From contig JANRLD010000107.1 of the NCBI GenBank assembly GCA_033762915.1, positions 31,215-95,214 of the forward strand: 64,000 bases of DNA, written 5' to 3'. Within the stretch, counting starts at the first letter, position 1; each line of letters starts with the position of its first letter. Under the pieces are notes generated by a model. That model did not search any database, was not told the origin of the DNA, and saw nothing but the letters and a program-made list of their open reading frames with translations. The DNA comes from Meiothermus sp. (GTDB taxonomy: Bacteria; Deinococcota; Deinococci; Deinococcales; Thermaceae). Below, one piece after another: positions 30,203 through 40,442 of this stretch. The position numbers were made by a program, and so were the translations under genes.

Positions 30203-33200
30203 TCAGGTCGCGTTGACCAGGCTCAGCTCAAGCAGCTTGGGTAGCCGCACCGTCACAACCGTGCCCCGGCCCAGCTCGCTCTCGAGGCCAATCTCGCCGC
30301 CGTGCTGCTCGACGATCCACTTGGCGATGGAGAGGCCCAGCCCGGTGCCGCCGGGATCCTGGCCGCCGAAGGCCCAGGTCTTGGAACGGGAGAGGTCGGC
30401 GCGGTAGAAGCGCTCGAAGACGTGGGGAAGGTCTTCCTTGGAGATGCCGATGCCGGTGTCGGAGACGCGCAGCACCACGTTGGTTTCATCGGGGATCACC
30501 TCGAGGCGCACGACTCCGCCGGGCGGGGTGTACTTAAGGGCGTTCTCGAGCAGGATGATGGCGAGCTGTTTGAGGCGGTCGCGGTGGCCACTCACCAGCA
30601 CCTGCGGGGGCGGCTCTGCCAACAGCTGTTTGTCGGTGGCGAGGGGGCCGAGCTCGCTCAGGGTCTCGCGCACCACCGCGCCGAGGTCGGTAGGAACGAG
30701 CTGCAGACTGGTCCCGGCGTCGCCGCGGGCCAGGGCCAGCAGGTCGGAGACCAGGCGGCCCAGCCGGATGGCCTCACGGGCGGCCTCGTCCAGCGCGGCC
30801 TCGCGGTCTTCGCGGGTCATGTTGCGGAAGCGCTGCAGCAGCTCGAGGTTGCCCTGGATACTGGTCAGCGGAGCCCGCAGCTCGTGGCTAGCGTCGGCCA
30901 CAAAGCGCTTCTGGGCCTCCACCAGCTCCAGCAGCCGGCGCTCTGAGGCGCGCAGGGCCTCCTCGGCCAGCCTGCGGTCGTGGATGTCGGTGGAGGTGCC
31001 ATACCAGCCCACCAGCCGGCCGCCTTCCTGGAGGGGGATAGCCGAGTGCAAGAACCAGCGGTACTCGCCGTCGGCCCCCTGGACCCGCACCTCGACCTGG
31101 AAGACCCCCAGCTCTGCTCGAGCCGCCTCGCCCGCCGCGGCGAAGCCGGCCAGGTCTTCGGGGTGAATGAGGTTGAACTCGCCGCTTGCGATCTGCTCGA
31201 AGCTCAGGCCGGTGTAGTTCAGCAGGCGCCCGTTGACGTAGCTGAGGCGGTCGTTGGCGTCGAAGACCCACACCATCTGCGGGGTGGCCTCGGCCAGCCA
31301 GCGGAAGCGCTGCTCGCTCTGGCGCAGGGCGTCTTCGTAGCGCTTGCGTTCCGTCACCTCGATCAGCACCACCCCCACCCCGAGCACCACGCCGTCCTCG
31401 CGCACGACCCGGTAGACGTTTTCGAGCCAGTCCCGCCGCTGCCCCGGGGCCTTGGCGGTCTCGCCCTGGAGTTCCACGTTGAGCAGTGGCTTGCCCGTGC
31501 GGAGCACCTCCTCCAACAGCGGACGGACCGTGGGCGCTAGGTTGGGCACCACCTCGTCAATGGTGCGGCCCAGGTGGGCCTCCACCGGCAGCCCGTTGAT
31601 CTCGGCCAGGGCTTGGTTGACCCGAAGGAAGCGCAGCTCGGGGTCGATCAGGGCGAAGCCTACCGGGGAGGCCGTGAGGAGGGTGTCGAGCAGCAGCCGT
31701 TCGGTCTCGACCGCTGTCAGCAGACGTTCGCGCTCCAGTTCGACCCACTTGCGCTCGGTGATGTCGACGAAGACCCCCACGCTGCCGCGCACCTGGCCCG
31801 CCTCGTCGAAGAGCGGGGTGGCGTACTCGAGCAGCTCCAGGGTGCTGCCGTCGGCCCGCTCGATCTGGTACTCGAGGTCGCGCAGGCTCTGGCCGGAGGC
31901 AGCGGCCAACTGCATGGGCAACTGCTCGGCGGGCACCTCGGCCCCGTCCTTCAGCACCCGGAAGGGCAGCGCGTCGGGGTCGGGACGGCTCTTGGAGGCG
32001 TTCATCTGCAGCCCCACCCCCAACATGGCCGCGCCCGCCGGGTTCATGCTGACCTCCGCGACGGCCGGGTCGGTGGCGATGGCGATCCCCACCGGCACCG
32101 TGTCGAGCACAGCCCGCAGGTCGTGGGTCAGGCGCATCAGCTCGGCCTCGTGGCGCTTGCGCTGGCTGACGTCGCTGAACAGCACCGCCACCCGCCGCTG
32201 CTCGGGCCGCCCCACCCGCATGGCGTAGCCCTCGAACCAGCGCCCCATCGCCTCCGAGCCCTCCTCAAAGCGCAGCGGCTGGCCGGTCTCGGCCACGCCG
32301 GCGTAGCGCTCCACCCAGTCGCGCTCGAGGCCCGGCACCATCTCGAGGGCGGTGCGGCCCTGCGCCCCCTCGAGGCCGGTCTGCTCGGCGAAGGTGGGGT
32401 TGACCTCGACGAATCGGTAGTCGACTGCCCGCCCGTCCTGGTAGATCATGTCCATAACGCAGAAGCCCTGGTCGATGGACTCGAAGAGGGTTCGGTAGCG
32501 CTCCTCACTGTCGCGCAGGGCATCCTCGACCCGCTTGCGCTGGGTGATGTCCAGCACCGCCGCCCCCACCAAAAGGGTCTGGCCATCGACTTGCACCGGG
32601 AACCAGCTGGCCAGGGCGTGTCGCTCGTGGGAGGGGTCGTCCGGGGTTGGGCCGCTGACTTCCACGCCGTAAACCCCCTGGCCGCTCTCCAGCACCTGCC
32701 GCAGCTCTGCCTCGGCGAGCTGGGCGGTCTTTGGGGCGATCCCGTGGGCCAGGGCCAGTTCGCTCATGCGGCGGCCGATGTGGGCCTCGGGGGCCAGCCC
32801 GTTGATCCTGGCCATGGCCTCGTTGATGCGCACGAAGCGCAGCTCCCGGTCCAGCAGGGCCAGCCCCAGCGGGAGGTTGGCCAGGGTGGCCTCGAGCTGG
32901 GCGGTCACCCGGGCCAAGGCCTCCTCGGCTTCGCGGCGCTCCTGGATGTCCTCGGTGGTGCCGTACCAGCGCACCACCCGGCCCTGCGCGTCGCGTCGCG
33001 GATAGGCCCGGGTGTGCATCCAGCGGAAGCCGCCGCCGGCCAGCCGGACGCGGTGCTCCACGTCGTAGGGCTGGCCGCTCTCCACGGCCCGACGCCAGTC
33101 CACCTGCATGCGCGGCAGGTCGTCGGGATGGGGGGCGTTAAACCAGCCCTCGCCCAGCGTCGCCTCGCGGTTGAGGCCGGTCAGCTCGAGCCAGCGCGGG

Positions 33201-36200
33201 CTTAAGTCCAGAATCCTGCCGTCGGCGTCTGCGGTCCAGGGCACCTGGGGGTTCAGCTCGACCGTGTAGCGCAGCTCTTCCTCGGCCCGGAGCCGCTCGA
33301 GGCGCGACCAGACCCGCTCGGCCAGCTCGCGCAGCAGAGCCAGCTCGCCCTCCTCCCAGGCGTGGGGCCGGGGCAGGGCCAGCACCAGCACGAAGCGCAG
33401 CCGCCCGCTGTCGAGGTACGGGGCGTGGGCCACCGCCCTCACCCCCAGCCGCAAGAGGCGCTCCGGCCCCCCGGGGCTGGGGTGATCGCGGTGGTGGGAC
33501 AGGCAGGTGACGCGTCCCGCCCGCAGCTGCTCGAGTGCGCCCGGGCTGACGTAGTCCTCCAGCGGGTAGCTGCCCTTTAGCGAGGGCAGGCCCTCGGAGC
33601 GCCACTCGTGCAGCACCGTGGCCCGGCCTGCGGCCTCGTCGGTTTCGGTCAGGATCACCCTCGAGGCCCCGAAGTGGCGGGCAATGCGCTCGCTGGTATC
33701 GCGCAGGATTACGGCGGGGTCGGACTGCCGGGCAGCAACGTCGGACACGCCCGCCAGCAGCTCCTGCTCGAGTTCGCGCCGCCTACGCTCCGTGATGTCG
33801 CGCGACACCCCCACCACCCCCACCACCCGGCCCGACCCGTCGCGCAGCGGGGCCTTGAGGGTCTGAAAGACCCGGGTGGCATCCTGAACGCCGACCTCCT
33901 CCTCGACCATCTCGGCCCTCCCCGTGGCCATAACCCGCTGGTCGTTCTGCTGCACCCGCCCGGCCATGACCGGGTCGGAGATCAGCTCGGCGGCGCTCTG
34001 GCCCAGCACCCTCGAGGGGTCGCCCTGGCCCAGCAGCTCGAAGGTGGCCTGGTTGCCCAGGGTGATGCGGCCCTCGGCGTCCTTGGCCCACACCAGGTCG
34101 GGGGTGGCCTCCATGACCGCGCGCAGCAGCTCGGCGCTCTTGTGCAGCTCCTCGCCCAGCTGCTTGCGCTCGGTGACATCGAGGTTGACCCCGGTCATCC
34201 GGGTCACCCGGCCCGTGGCGTCGCGGTGGAAGCGGGCGCGGCTGGACACCCAGACCTCCCGGCCGTCCGGGCGCACCACCCGGAACTCGTCCTCCACGTA
34301 CTCCTCGCCGCGCTCGACGGCCAGGGCGGCATTGGCGCGGATGCGGACGAGGTCGGCGGGGTGAACCCGGCGGTAGAAGTCGGCTGCGGAGTAGGCATCG
34401 CAGTGGGGCACCCCGAAGATCTCCGACATCTGCGGCGACCAGAACTGAACTCCGCTGGGGATGTCCCAGTCCCAGGCCCCCATTCGGCCGGACTCGAGGG
34501 CCAGCGCCAGCCGGGCCTCGCTATCGCGTAGCCGGGTCTCGGCCCTCGAGCGCTCCACCGCGGCCCAGATACGCTCGGCCACCTCCCCGATCAGGGTGGC
34601 CTCCTCCGCCGTCCAGGGATGTGGCCCTGAGAAGTGGACGAAGAAGATCGCCACCAGCTGCCCCTCCTTGACCAGCGGTGCGTTGGCGGTCGCGCCCAGC
34701 TTCAGGGCGCGGTGGGCCGCCTTTACCGCGTCGGCAAGGTTGGGGTCGGCCGCGATGTCGGGGCGCAGCACCGTCTCGCCCCGGCGGAGCGCCTCAAGCA
34801 GGTCCTCGCCGTAGTCGGTGTAGCGGTGGCGGCCTTCGATTCCCTCCACCCCGAGCGCGTAGTTGTGGGTCACGATCACGGTCTCGCCGTCGCCGCCGTC
34901 CTCGGCGTAGCCCGCCCGCGCGGCCCCCAGGTGCTCGGCCAGGAGTTGTGCCGCAGCCCGCTGAATCTCTTGGGGGTCGGCGAGGGGGCGCAGGGCGTCG
35001 GAGAGCCGGAGGAGGAAGCCCTCGCGCTCCTCGACCAGCTTGCGATCGTGGATGTCCTCGAGTAGGCCCAGCATCTGCCAAACCCGACCGTCCTCGCGCC
35101 GCCGGAACACCCGGTCACGCCCGCGCACCCAGCGCCACTGGCCGTTCTTGTGTAAAAAGCGGTACTCGACTTCGAGGGTTGCGTCGTCGGGCAGCCCCCG
35201 CGATGCCTCGCGCCAGCGCTCGAGGTCGGGCAGGTTGTCGGGGTGCATCAGCTTGGAGATAAAGTTTTCGCCCAGCGCGGCGATGTCCCCGGCGGTGTAG
35301 CCGAAGAGGTCGAACAGCCGGTGGTTGTTGTACAGGTTTTGTTGGGTCTCAAGGTCATAGACATAGATCAGACTGGGCACGGCCTCGGTCACGCTGCTAA
35401 GGAAGCGCTGGCTCTCGTGCAGCGCCTCCTCGGCCCGCTTGCGCTGGGTAATGTCCAGCACCGACGCCCCTACCAGGGTAATCTGGCCGTCCACCACCAC
35501 CGGGAACCAGCTCGCCAGAACATGCCCAATCTCACCCCCGTAGACCGGGCTAGGGCCGCTGACCTCGACGCCGTAGGTTCCCTCGCCACTCTGGAAGACC
35601 TGCTCGAGGCGTGGGCGTAGCGCCGGGCCGGTGGTGTGCAGAACCTCCTCGAGCCGCCGCCCCAGGTGCTCGGCCGCTGGAATGCCGTTGAGCCGGGCGA
35701 TCTCGGGGTTGACCTGCACGAAGCGCAGCTCGCGGTCGAAGAAGGCCAGCCCAATCGGGAGGTGGTTGAGCATGGCCTCCAGGTGGGCCTTGGCGTGTCG
35801 CTCGGCCTCCACGGAGGCCTCGAGCAGTTCCCTGGCCTGTCGCTCGGCCTCCATCGCGGCCAGGGTCCGGTCGAGTTCCTTACGGCGCTCGGTCACGTCC
35901 ATCAGCGTCCCAATGACCCGGGCGCCCTGGCCGTCCGGCCCTTGCAGCGCTTGCCCGCGCGCGATCATCCACCTGCGCTCGCCGCTGTCGCGCCGCCGGA
36001 CGGCGTACTCGAGTTCGTAGGGCTGGCCGTCCTCGAGGGCCTGGGCCACGCGGCGGTTGATGCGCTCGAGGTCCTCGGGCGAGACCAGGGCGTACAGCTC
36101 TTCCACCGAGACCTCGCGGGTGCCCTCGGGGAAGCCATACAGCGCGGCGTGCTTGCCGCCCCAGACCACGCGCCCCGTGGCTACTTCGTAGCTCCATAGC

Positions 36201-37549
36201 CCCAAGTTGGCGGCCTCGACCGCCAGCCCGGCCTGGGTCTCGGCCAGCTCGAGCATGGCCAAACGCTCCAGGGCCAGCCCCAGCCCGGCGGCGGCCCGGC
36301 GCAGCAGGTCGCGCTCGCCCCAGCCCCAGCCCTCTGCCGTGGCCCGCCGCCCCACCGAGAGCGTGGCCACGGTTTGGCCCCGGTGGTCGCGGATCGGCTC
36401 GGCAGCGACGGCGTAGGCGTCCAAGCCCAGCTCGAGGCGAAAGACCTCCTCGTCGTAGCGCGCCGCGTAGATCGGCTCACCGCACTCCACCACCCGCCAC
36501 AGCATCCCTCCGGCTCCCCTGGGCAGCCCGGCCCTCGCGGCGGCCTCGAGGCCGCCCGGCATCCACCCCCAGACCTGACCCAGCGTGAGGGATTCACCGC
36601 GCACCCACGACAGCGCCAGGTACTCCGCGCCCAGCAGCGGTCCCAGCCGCTCGAACGTGGTGGAGGCCACCCGTTCAGGGCTGCGGGCGGCCTGGAGCGC
36701 CTCGCCCAGCGCGGCCAGGAGCTCGGCCCGGCCGCGTGAGGCCTCGAGTTCGGCGGTGCGCTCGGCCACCCGGGCCTCCAAGTTCTTGTGCTGGGCCTCC
36801 AGGCCCGACAGCATCTGGTTGAGGGTCTGTCCCAGCAGCCCCAGCTCGTCGCGGGGGTCGGACGCCTCGACCCGCCGCCCCAGGTCGTTGCCCTCGGCGA
36901 TGGCGCGGGCGGTTAGGGTTAGTCGGGCTACCGGGAGCAGCGCCCGGCTGGCGATGCCCCAGCCCACCAGCATCATCAGCGCCAGCACCCCCAGCCCGGC
37001 CAAGATCAGGTCGCGCCTGACCGCAGCCAGGTTGGCGTCCAGGCGGCCCAACGGGGAGAGCAGCTCGAGGTGGCCGCCCTGTGGGCCGGAGACCGGGTGC
37101 AAGTAGATACGCCAGCGCTCACCCCCCGCGTTCAAGGTGGCGAAAGTCGCGTTCGGTGGGGCCTGTTCGATCGGACGGAACAGGCGGCTGATGCGGTACA
37201 CCAGACCCTGGCTGTCCCTGGATGCCTTCCTCGCCACGGCGGCGGGGTCGCTGGGGGGCAGCTCGAGCTGGGGGTGGGTGCCGCTGACCAGGCGTCCGGA
37301 CTCGTCGTAGCGCCGCACAATGAGCATCAGTTCGCTGTAGACGACGCGCGGCTCGATGGGGTTGCCCCGCTCCCACTCGCTCAGCAGCACCCCCGCGCTG
37401 CGCCGCAACTGCCGATCCACCGAGCGGAACTGCTCCTCGGCGAAGACCGCGTAGTTAACCAGCATCAACAGCCCCAGCGCCAGCGTGAACACCCCGCCGT
37501 ACCACCAAGCCAGCCGCGCGCGAATCCCCATGGCCATAAATCGAACCAC
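30203..37549 (-). CDS. Giant membrane-anchored sensor histidine kinase (2 TM, HAMP, about 3 GAF, about 11 PAS/PAC, HisKA, HATPase)
   Basis: HAMP 'DELGLLGQTLNQML', many PAS/PAC units ending in D(I/V)TERK, H-box 'FVADASHELRAPLTSI', N-box 'LLENALKYT', 'DTGIGI', 'FERFYR', 'GTGLGLSI'. No receiver domain. Confidence 0.95.
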   Translation of the reverse strand: MVRFMAMGIRARLAWWYGGVFTLALGLLMLVNYAVFAEEQFRSVDRQLRRSAGVLLSEWERGNPIEPRVVYSELMLIVRRYDESGRLVSGTHPQLELPPSDPAAVARKASRDSQGLVYRISRLFRPIEQAPPNATFATLNAGGERWRIYLHPVSGPQGGHLELLSPLGRLDANLAAVRRDLILAGLGVLALMMLVGWGIASRALLPVARLTLTARAIAEGNDLGRRVEASDPRDELGLLGQTLNQMLSGLEAQHKNLEARVAERTAELEASRGRAELLAALGEALQAARSPERVASTTFERLGPLLGAEYLALSWVRGESLTLGQVWGWMPGGLEAAARAGLPRGAGGMLWRVVECGEPIYAARYDEEVFRLELGLDAYAVAAEPIRDHRGQTVATLSVGRRATAEGWGWGERDLLRRAAAGLGLALERLAMLELAETQAGLAVEAANLGLWSYEVATGRVVWGGKHAALYGFPEGTREVSVEELYALVSPEDLERINRRVAQALEDGQPYELEYAVRRRDSGERRWMIARGQALQGPDGQGARVIGTLMDVTERRKELDRTLAAMEAERQARELLEASVEAERHAKAHLEAMLNHLPIGLAFFDRELRFVQVNPEIARLNGIPAAEHLGRRLEEVLHTTGPALRPRLEQVFQSGEGTYGVEVSGPSPVYGGEIGHVLASWFPVVVDGQITLVGASVLDITQRKRAEEALHESQRFLSSVTEAVPSLIYVYDLETQQNLYNNHRLFDLFGYTAGDIAALGENFISKLMHPDNLPDLERWREASRGLPDDATLEVEYRFLHKNGQWRWVRGRDRVFRRREDGRVWQMLGLLEDIHDRKLVEEREGFLLRLSDALRPLADPQEIQRAAAQLLAEHLGAARAGYAEDGGDGETVIVTHNYALGVEGIEGRHRYTDYGEDLLEALRRGETVLRPDIAADPNLADAVKAAHRALKLGATANAPLVKEGQLVAIFFVHFSGPHPWTAEEATLIGEVAERIWAAVERSRAETRLRDSEARLALALESGRMGAWDWDIPSGVQFWSPQMSEIFGVPHCDAYSAADFYRRVHPADLVRIRANAALAVERGEEYVEDEFRVVRPDGREVWVSSRARFHRDATGRVTRMTGVNLDVTERKQLGEELHKSAELLRAVMEATPDLVWAKDAEGRITLGNQATFELLGQGDPSRVLGQSAAELISDPVMAGRVQQNDQRVMATGRAEMVEEEVGVQDATRVFQTLKAPLRDGSGRVVGVVGVSRDITERRRRELEQELLAGVSDVAARQSDPAVILRDTSERIARHFGASRVILTETDEAAGRATVLHEWRSEGLPSLKGSYPLEDYVSPGALEQLRAGRVTCLSHHRDHPSPGGPERLLRLGVRAVAHAPYLDSGRLRFVLVLALPRPHAWEEGELALLRELAERVWSRLERLRAEEELRYTVELNPQVPWTADADGRILDLSPRWLELTGLNREATLGEGWFNAPHPDDLPRMQVDWRRAVESGQPYDVEHRVRLAGGGFRWMHTRAYPRRDAQGRVVRWYGTTEDIQERREAEEALARVTAQLEATLANLPLGLALLDRELRFVRINEAMARINGLAPEAHIGRRMSELALAHGIAPKTAQLAEAELRQVLESGQGVYGVEVSGPTPDDPSHERHALASWFPVQVDGQTLLVGAAVLDITQRKRVEDALRDSEERYRTLFESIDQGFCVMDMIYQDGRAVDYRFVEVNPTFAEQTGLEGAQGRTALEMVPGLERDWVERYAGVAETGQPLRFEEGSEAMGRWFEGYAMRVGRPEQRRVAVLFSDVSQRKRHEAELMRLTHDLRAVLDTVPVGIAIATDPAVAEVSMNPAGAAMLGVGLQMNASKSRPDPDALPFRVLKDGAEVPAEQLPMQLAAASGQSLRDLEYQIERADGSTLELLEYATPLFDEAGQVRGSVGVFVDITERKWVELERERLLTAVETERLLLDTLLTASPVGFALIDPELRFLRVNQALAEINGLPVEAHLGRTIDEVVPNLAPTVRPLLEEVLRTGKPLLNVELQGETAKAPGQRRDWLENVYRVVREDGVVLGVGVVLIEVTERKRYEDALRQSEQRFRWLAEATPQMVWVFDANDRLSYVNGRLLNYTGLSFEQIASGEFNLIHPEDLAGFAAAGEAARAELGVFQVEVRVQGADGEYRWFLHSAIPLQEGGRLVGWYGTSTDIHDRRLAEEALRASERRLLELVEAQKRFVADASHELRAPLTSIQGNLELLQRFRNMTREDREAALDEAAREAIRLGRLVSDLLALARGDAGTSLQLVPTDLGAVVRETLSELGPLATDKQLLAEPPPQVLVSGHRDRLKQLAIILLENALKYTPPGGVVRLEVIPDETNVVLRVSDTGIGISKEDLPHVFERFYRADLSRSKTWAFGGQDPGGTGLGLSIAKWIVEQHGGEIGLESELGRGTVVTVRLPKLLELSLVNAT

Positions 37550-37587
37550 CCCACAGGCTACTGTGAATGCGTGAGAGACGCAAAAAA

Positions 37588-37613
37588 TCAGCTCAAACTC
37601 AGCGCGGCATCAG
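37588..37613 (+). promoter_or_regulatory. Three TCAG repeats at 11-bp spacing just upstream of the kinase gene (opposite strand)
   Basis: tcag at 37588, 37599 and 37610. Confidence 0.5.
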
Positions 37614-37743
37614 GCAAGGCTGCGGGGTCGAGGGCCGAGGACTGTCGGAAGGGCCAGCCAGAGCTGGTCCTCGAGACCGTCCAACTCCTCGTTCACCGCC
37701 AGCCACTGCTGGTGCACGGTGGCACCGGCCAGGGGGCGGCGGG

Positions 37744-38124
37744 CTACCGGGAGCGTAGGGCGGCGGCCTCTACGGCCTCGGCCCTGGTCTTGTGCATCGT
37801 CCCCGGAGCCTCCTCGGGCGGCGCGTAGAAGGTCACCAGCTTGAGGGGTGCGTCCCCCGTGTTGATGACGGTGTGCCGCGTCGCCGCCGGAACCGCGACC
37901 AGGCATCCCGCGAACACCTCCGAACGATCACCGTCCAGCTCGGCCTCGCCGGTGCCCTCGAGGAACAGCAGCAGCCGGTCGGTCGGGTGCGTATCGCGCC
38001 CGATGTCCTCCCCCGGCTCTAGGCTCATCAGCACCACCTGGCTGTAGAGGTTGGTTAGGATCTCCCGCTGGAAAAGGGTGTTCTCCCGAGCGACGGCGAA
38101 CAGGTCCAGGCTGACGGTGGGCAT
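37744..38124 (-). CDS. Cupin-domain protein
   Basis: SQVVLMSLEPGEDIG...FLEGTGEA...VPAATRHTVINTG..PLKLVTFYAPP; AAGGAG RBS. Confidence 0.9.
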   Translation of the reverse strand: MPTVSLDLFAVARENTLFQREILTNLYSQVVLMSLEPGEDIGRDTHPTDRLLLFLEGTGEAELDGDRSEVFAGCLVAVPAATRHTVINTGDAPLKLVTFYAPPEEAPGTMHKTRAEAVEAAALRSR

Positions 38125-38148
38125 ACGGCTCCTTGTGCGCGCAATGCC

Positions 38149-38240
38149 TAGAGCGGTTCCCACGCATACTCCCTACAATGGTTTTTGCTGAAGGGAGTAC
38201 ATTACCTGCCGCGAGGGAGGTAAGGGTGGGAAACGCAATA
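38149..38240. repeat. Structured ~90-nt dispersed repeat, copy C (best preserved ends)
   Basis: TAGAGCGGTTCCCACGCATACTCCCTAC...GGGAGTACATTACCTGCC...GGAGGTAAGGGTGGGAAACGCAATA; TA at both ends. Confidence 0.85.
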
Positions 38241-38251
38241 AGCGCCCGCCC

Positions 38252-39436
38252 TTATGGCCGCAGAACCACCCGGCAGCAGCCGTGCTGGTGGTGCTTGAAC
38301 ACCTCGAAGGCCCTGGGGGCTTCCTCGAGGCTCATCCGGTGGGTGATGGGGAAGGAGGCGTCCACCTCGCCCTTGGCCACCTTTTCCATCAGCATCCCCA
38401 CGTAGCGCTGGGGGTGCATCTGGCCCATCTTGAGGGTCAGGCCCTTGTTGAAGGCCGCGCCCATGTTGAGGCCGTCGATGACCCCGCCGTAGACGCCGCT
38501 GAGGCTAACCGTGCCGCCCTTCCGGCAGGCGGCGATGGCCTGTCGAAGCACAAAGGGACGGTCGGTCTCGAGTTTGGCACTCAGCTTGATCTCGTCGTAG
38601 AGCCGGCCGAATCCGGTGCCGTGGGCCTCGAGGCCCACCGCGTCGATGCAGCGGTCGGGGCCGCGGCCGCCGGTCATCTCTTTGAGCCTTTCCACCACTG
38701 TCTCGCCGTCGGCGTTGGTGTCGCGGAAGTTAACCACCTCGGCGTTGCAGTGGAGGCGAGCCAGCTCGAGGCGCTGAGGGTTCTGGTCTATGGCGATGAC
38801 CCGGCCCGCACCCAGCATCCAGGCGCTCTTCATGGCGAAGAGGCCCACCGCGCCCGCGCCCCATACCGCCACCGTGTCACCCGGCTCAATTAAGGCGTAC
38901 ATGGCCCCCTGGTAGCCGGTGGGGAAGGCGTCGGAGAGGAACAGCACCTGCTCGTCGCTGAGGCCCTCGGGCACCTTGATGGGGCCGTTGTCGGCGTGGG
39001 GAACCCGCACGTACTGGGCAAAGCCTCCCGCGTAGCCGCCGAAGAGGTGCGAGTAACCGTAGATGGCGGCGGGGGTGTGGCCGTAGAGCTGCTCGACGGC
39101 ATGGCCGTTGGGGTTGGTGTTGTCGCACAGCGAGAAGAGGCCCTTGCGGCAGTAGAAACAATTGCCGCAGGCGATCACCGAGGGCACCACCACCCGGTCA
39201 CCCACCTTAAGCTGCTTCACCTCCGGCCCAACCGCCTCGACCACGCCCATAAACTCGTGTCCAATGATGTCGCCGCGCATCATGCTGGGGATAAAACCGT
39301 CGTAAAGGTGCAGGTCGGAGCCGCAGACCGTGCACAACGTCACCCGCACAATGGCGTCTCGAGGCCGTAGGAGGGTCGGCTCGGGGACGTTCTCCACCCC
39401 CAGGCTCATCTTGCCTTGCCAGGTGACGGCCCTCAC
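38252..39436 (-). CDS. Zinc-dependent alcohol dehydrogenase (formaldehyde dehydrogenase-like)
   Basis: CGSDLH, GHEFMG, CGNCFYC...C, LSDAFPTG, WGAGAVG, IDAVG. Confidence 0.93.
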   Translation of the reverse strand: MRAVTWQGKMSLGVENVPEPTLLRPRDAIVRVTLCTVCGSDLHLYDGFIPSMMRGDIIGHEFMGVVEAVGPEVKQLKVGDRVVVPSVIACGNCFYCRKGLFSLCDNTNPNGHAVEQLYGHTPAAIYGYSHLFGGYAGGFAQYVRVPHADNGPIKVPEGLSDEQVLFLSDAFPTGYQGAMYALIEPGDTVAVWGAGAVGLFAMKSAWMLGAGRVIAIDQNPQRLELARLHCNAEVVNFRDTNADGETVVERLKEMTGGRGPDRCIDAVGLEAHGTGFGRLYDEIKLSAKLETDRPFVLRQAIAACRKGGTVSLSGVYGGVIDGLNMGAAFNKGLTLKMGQMHPQRYVGMLMEKVAKGEVDASFPITHRMSLEEAPRAFEVFKHHQHGCCRVVLRP

Positions 39437-39444
39437 AGCGCCTC

Positions 39445-39555
39445 CTACCAGGGCGTGGGCTTGCGGTGGGCTTTAGGGGTTCGCAGCAGGTTCCAGACCT
39501 TCCACACCACCGCCCCCGACTTAACAATCATGATGTACTCCATCAGCTCACTCAT
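39445..39555 (-). CDS. Putative 36-aa peptide (MSELMEYIMIVKSGAVVWKVWNLLRTPKAHRKPTPW)
   Basis: Fills the gap between the SRPBCC and dehydrogenase genes; purine-rich RBS, and its stop abuts the RBS of the next gene. Confidence 0.45.
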   Translation of the reverse strand: MSELMEYIMIVKSGAVVWKVWNLLRTPKAHRKPTPW

Positions 39556-39568
39556 GCGACCCCCTTTC

Positions 39569-40363
39569 CTAGGTGGTGCTGCCCTCGAGCTTGCGCCCGT
39601 CCTTTTGCTCCTGTCCCCGGCCCACTGGCTGCCCCTCGGTGGTCGCAATTTCTCCCGCCTCCATCAGCTGCTGGAAGCGCCGGAGGTCGGCGGCGATCAT
39701 CTGCTCGGGCGACTTGCCGAACAGTTTGGCCAGGGCGTCGGCGACCGGGCCGCCGGCGGGCTGGTAGTTCAGGAAGACCCGAACCACGGTGCCCCGCTGG
39801 TTGGGGAGGGACTCGAAGCTGACATGGCCGCTGGTGGGGATCTCCGAGCCCTCCAGCGAGCGCCAGGCGATGCGCCGGTTGGGGATGTCCTCGGTGATCT
39901 CGGCCTCCCAGGAGACCTCGGTCTCCCCGGCAACCTTGGCCCGCCAGCTCGAACGCCGCCCGTCGTGCGGGCGCACCTCCTCGAGGTGGCTCATGAACTG
40001 CGGCAGGTTCTCCAGCCGCCGCCAGAAAGTGTATAGCTCTTCGGGGCTTTTCATGACCGTTACCGCCCGCTCGAAGCTGATGCCCCGCTCCCGGTGCTGC
40101 TTCTCGCGGCCCGCCGGGCTGTAGGAGCCGGTGTAGGCGGACTCCCGGGCCTTGCGGCTGGCCCACAGCGCCGCGCCCGCCAACAAAACCAGCCCACCCA
40201 GGGCGACCCAGCGGTTGGCCCCGTGCCGCAGGGTGTTCACCGGGTCTCGAGCTTGGTCGGCCTCGAGGGCGCTGGGGGGGTGGTCTTGGTGGCCCCCGTC
40301 GCCCATCAAGCCAGGGGCGGGCGGGCCGGAACTCGGGTTGCGTGTCTGAGTCGGCTGTTGCAC
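39569..40363 (-). CDS. SRPBCC/cyclase-dehydrase family protein with N-terminal TM
   Basis: ELYTFWRRLENLPQFMSHLEEV...WEAEITED.PNRRIAWRS...DLRRFQQLMEAGEIATTEGQP; GTG at 40363 with AAAGGAG. Confidence 0.9.
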   Translation of the reverse strand: MQQPTQTRNPSSGPPAPGLMGDGGHQDHPPSALEADQARDPVNTLRHGANRWVALGGLVLLAGAALWASRKARESAYTGSYSPAGREKQHRERGISFERAVTVMKSPEELYTFWRRLENLPQFMSHLEEVRPHDGRRSSWRAKVAGETEVSWEAEITEDIPNRRIAWRSLEGSEIPTSGHVSFESLPNQRGTVVRVFLNYQPAGGPVADALAKLFGKSPEQMIAADLRRFQQLMEAGEIATTEGQPVGRGQEQKDGRKLEGSTT

Positions 40364-40442
40364 GTTCTCTCCTTTCGAATCTAGGGCGGCTGACGGGCTA
40401 CCGTCAGCGTCTCCTGCTCGAGTGCCCCAGCGTGACCGGCCC

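Noticed and set aside
37610..37717. 35-aa ORF (MHQQWLAVNEELDGLEDQLWLAL...) between the cupin and kinase genes
   Set aside because: No convincing RBS or homology; it could be real but I cannot support it.
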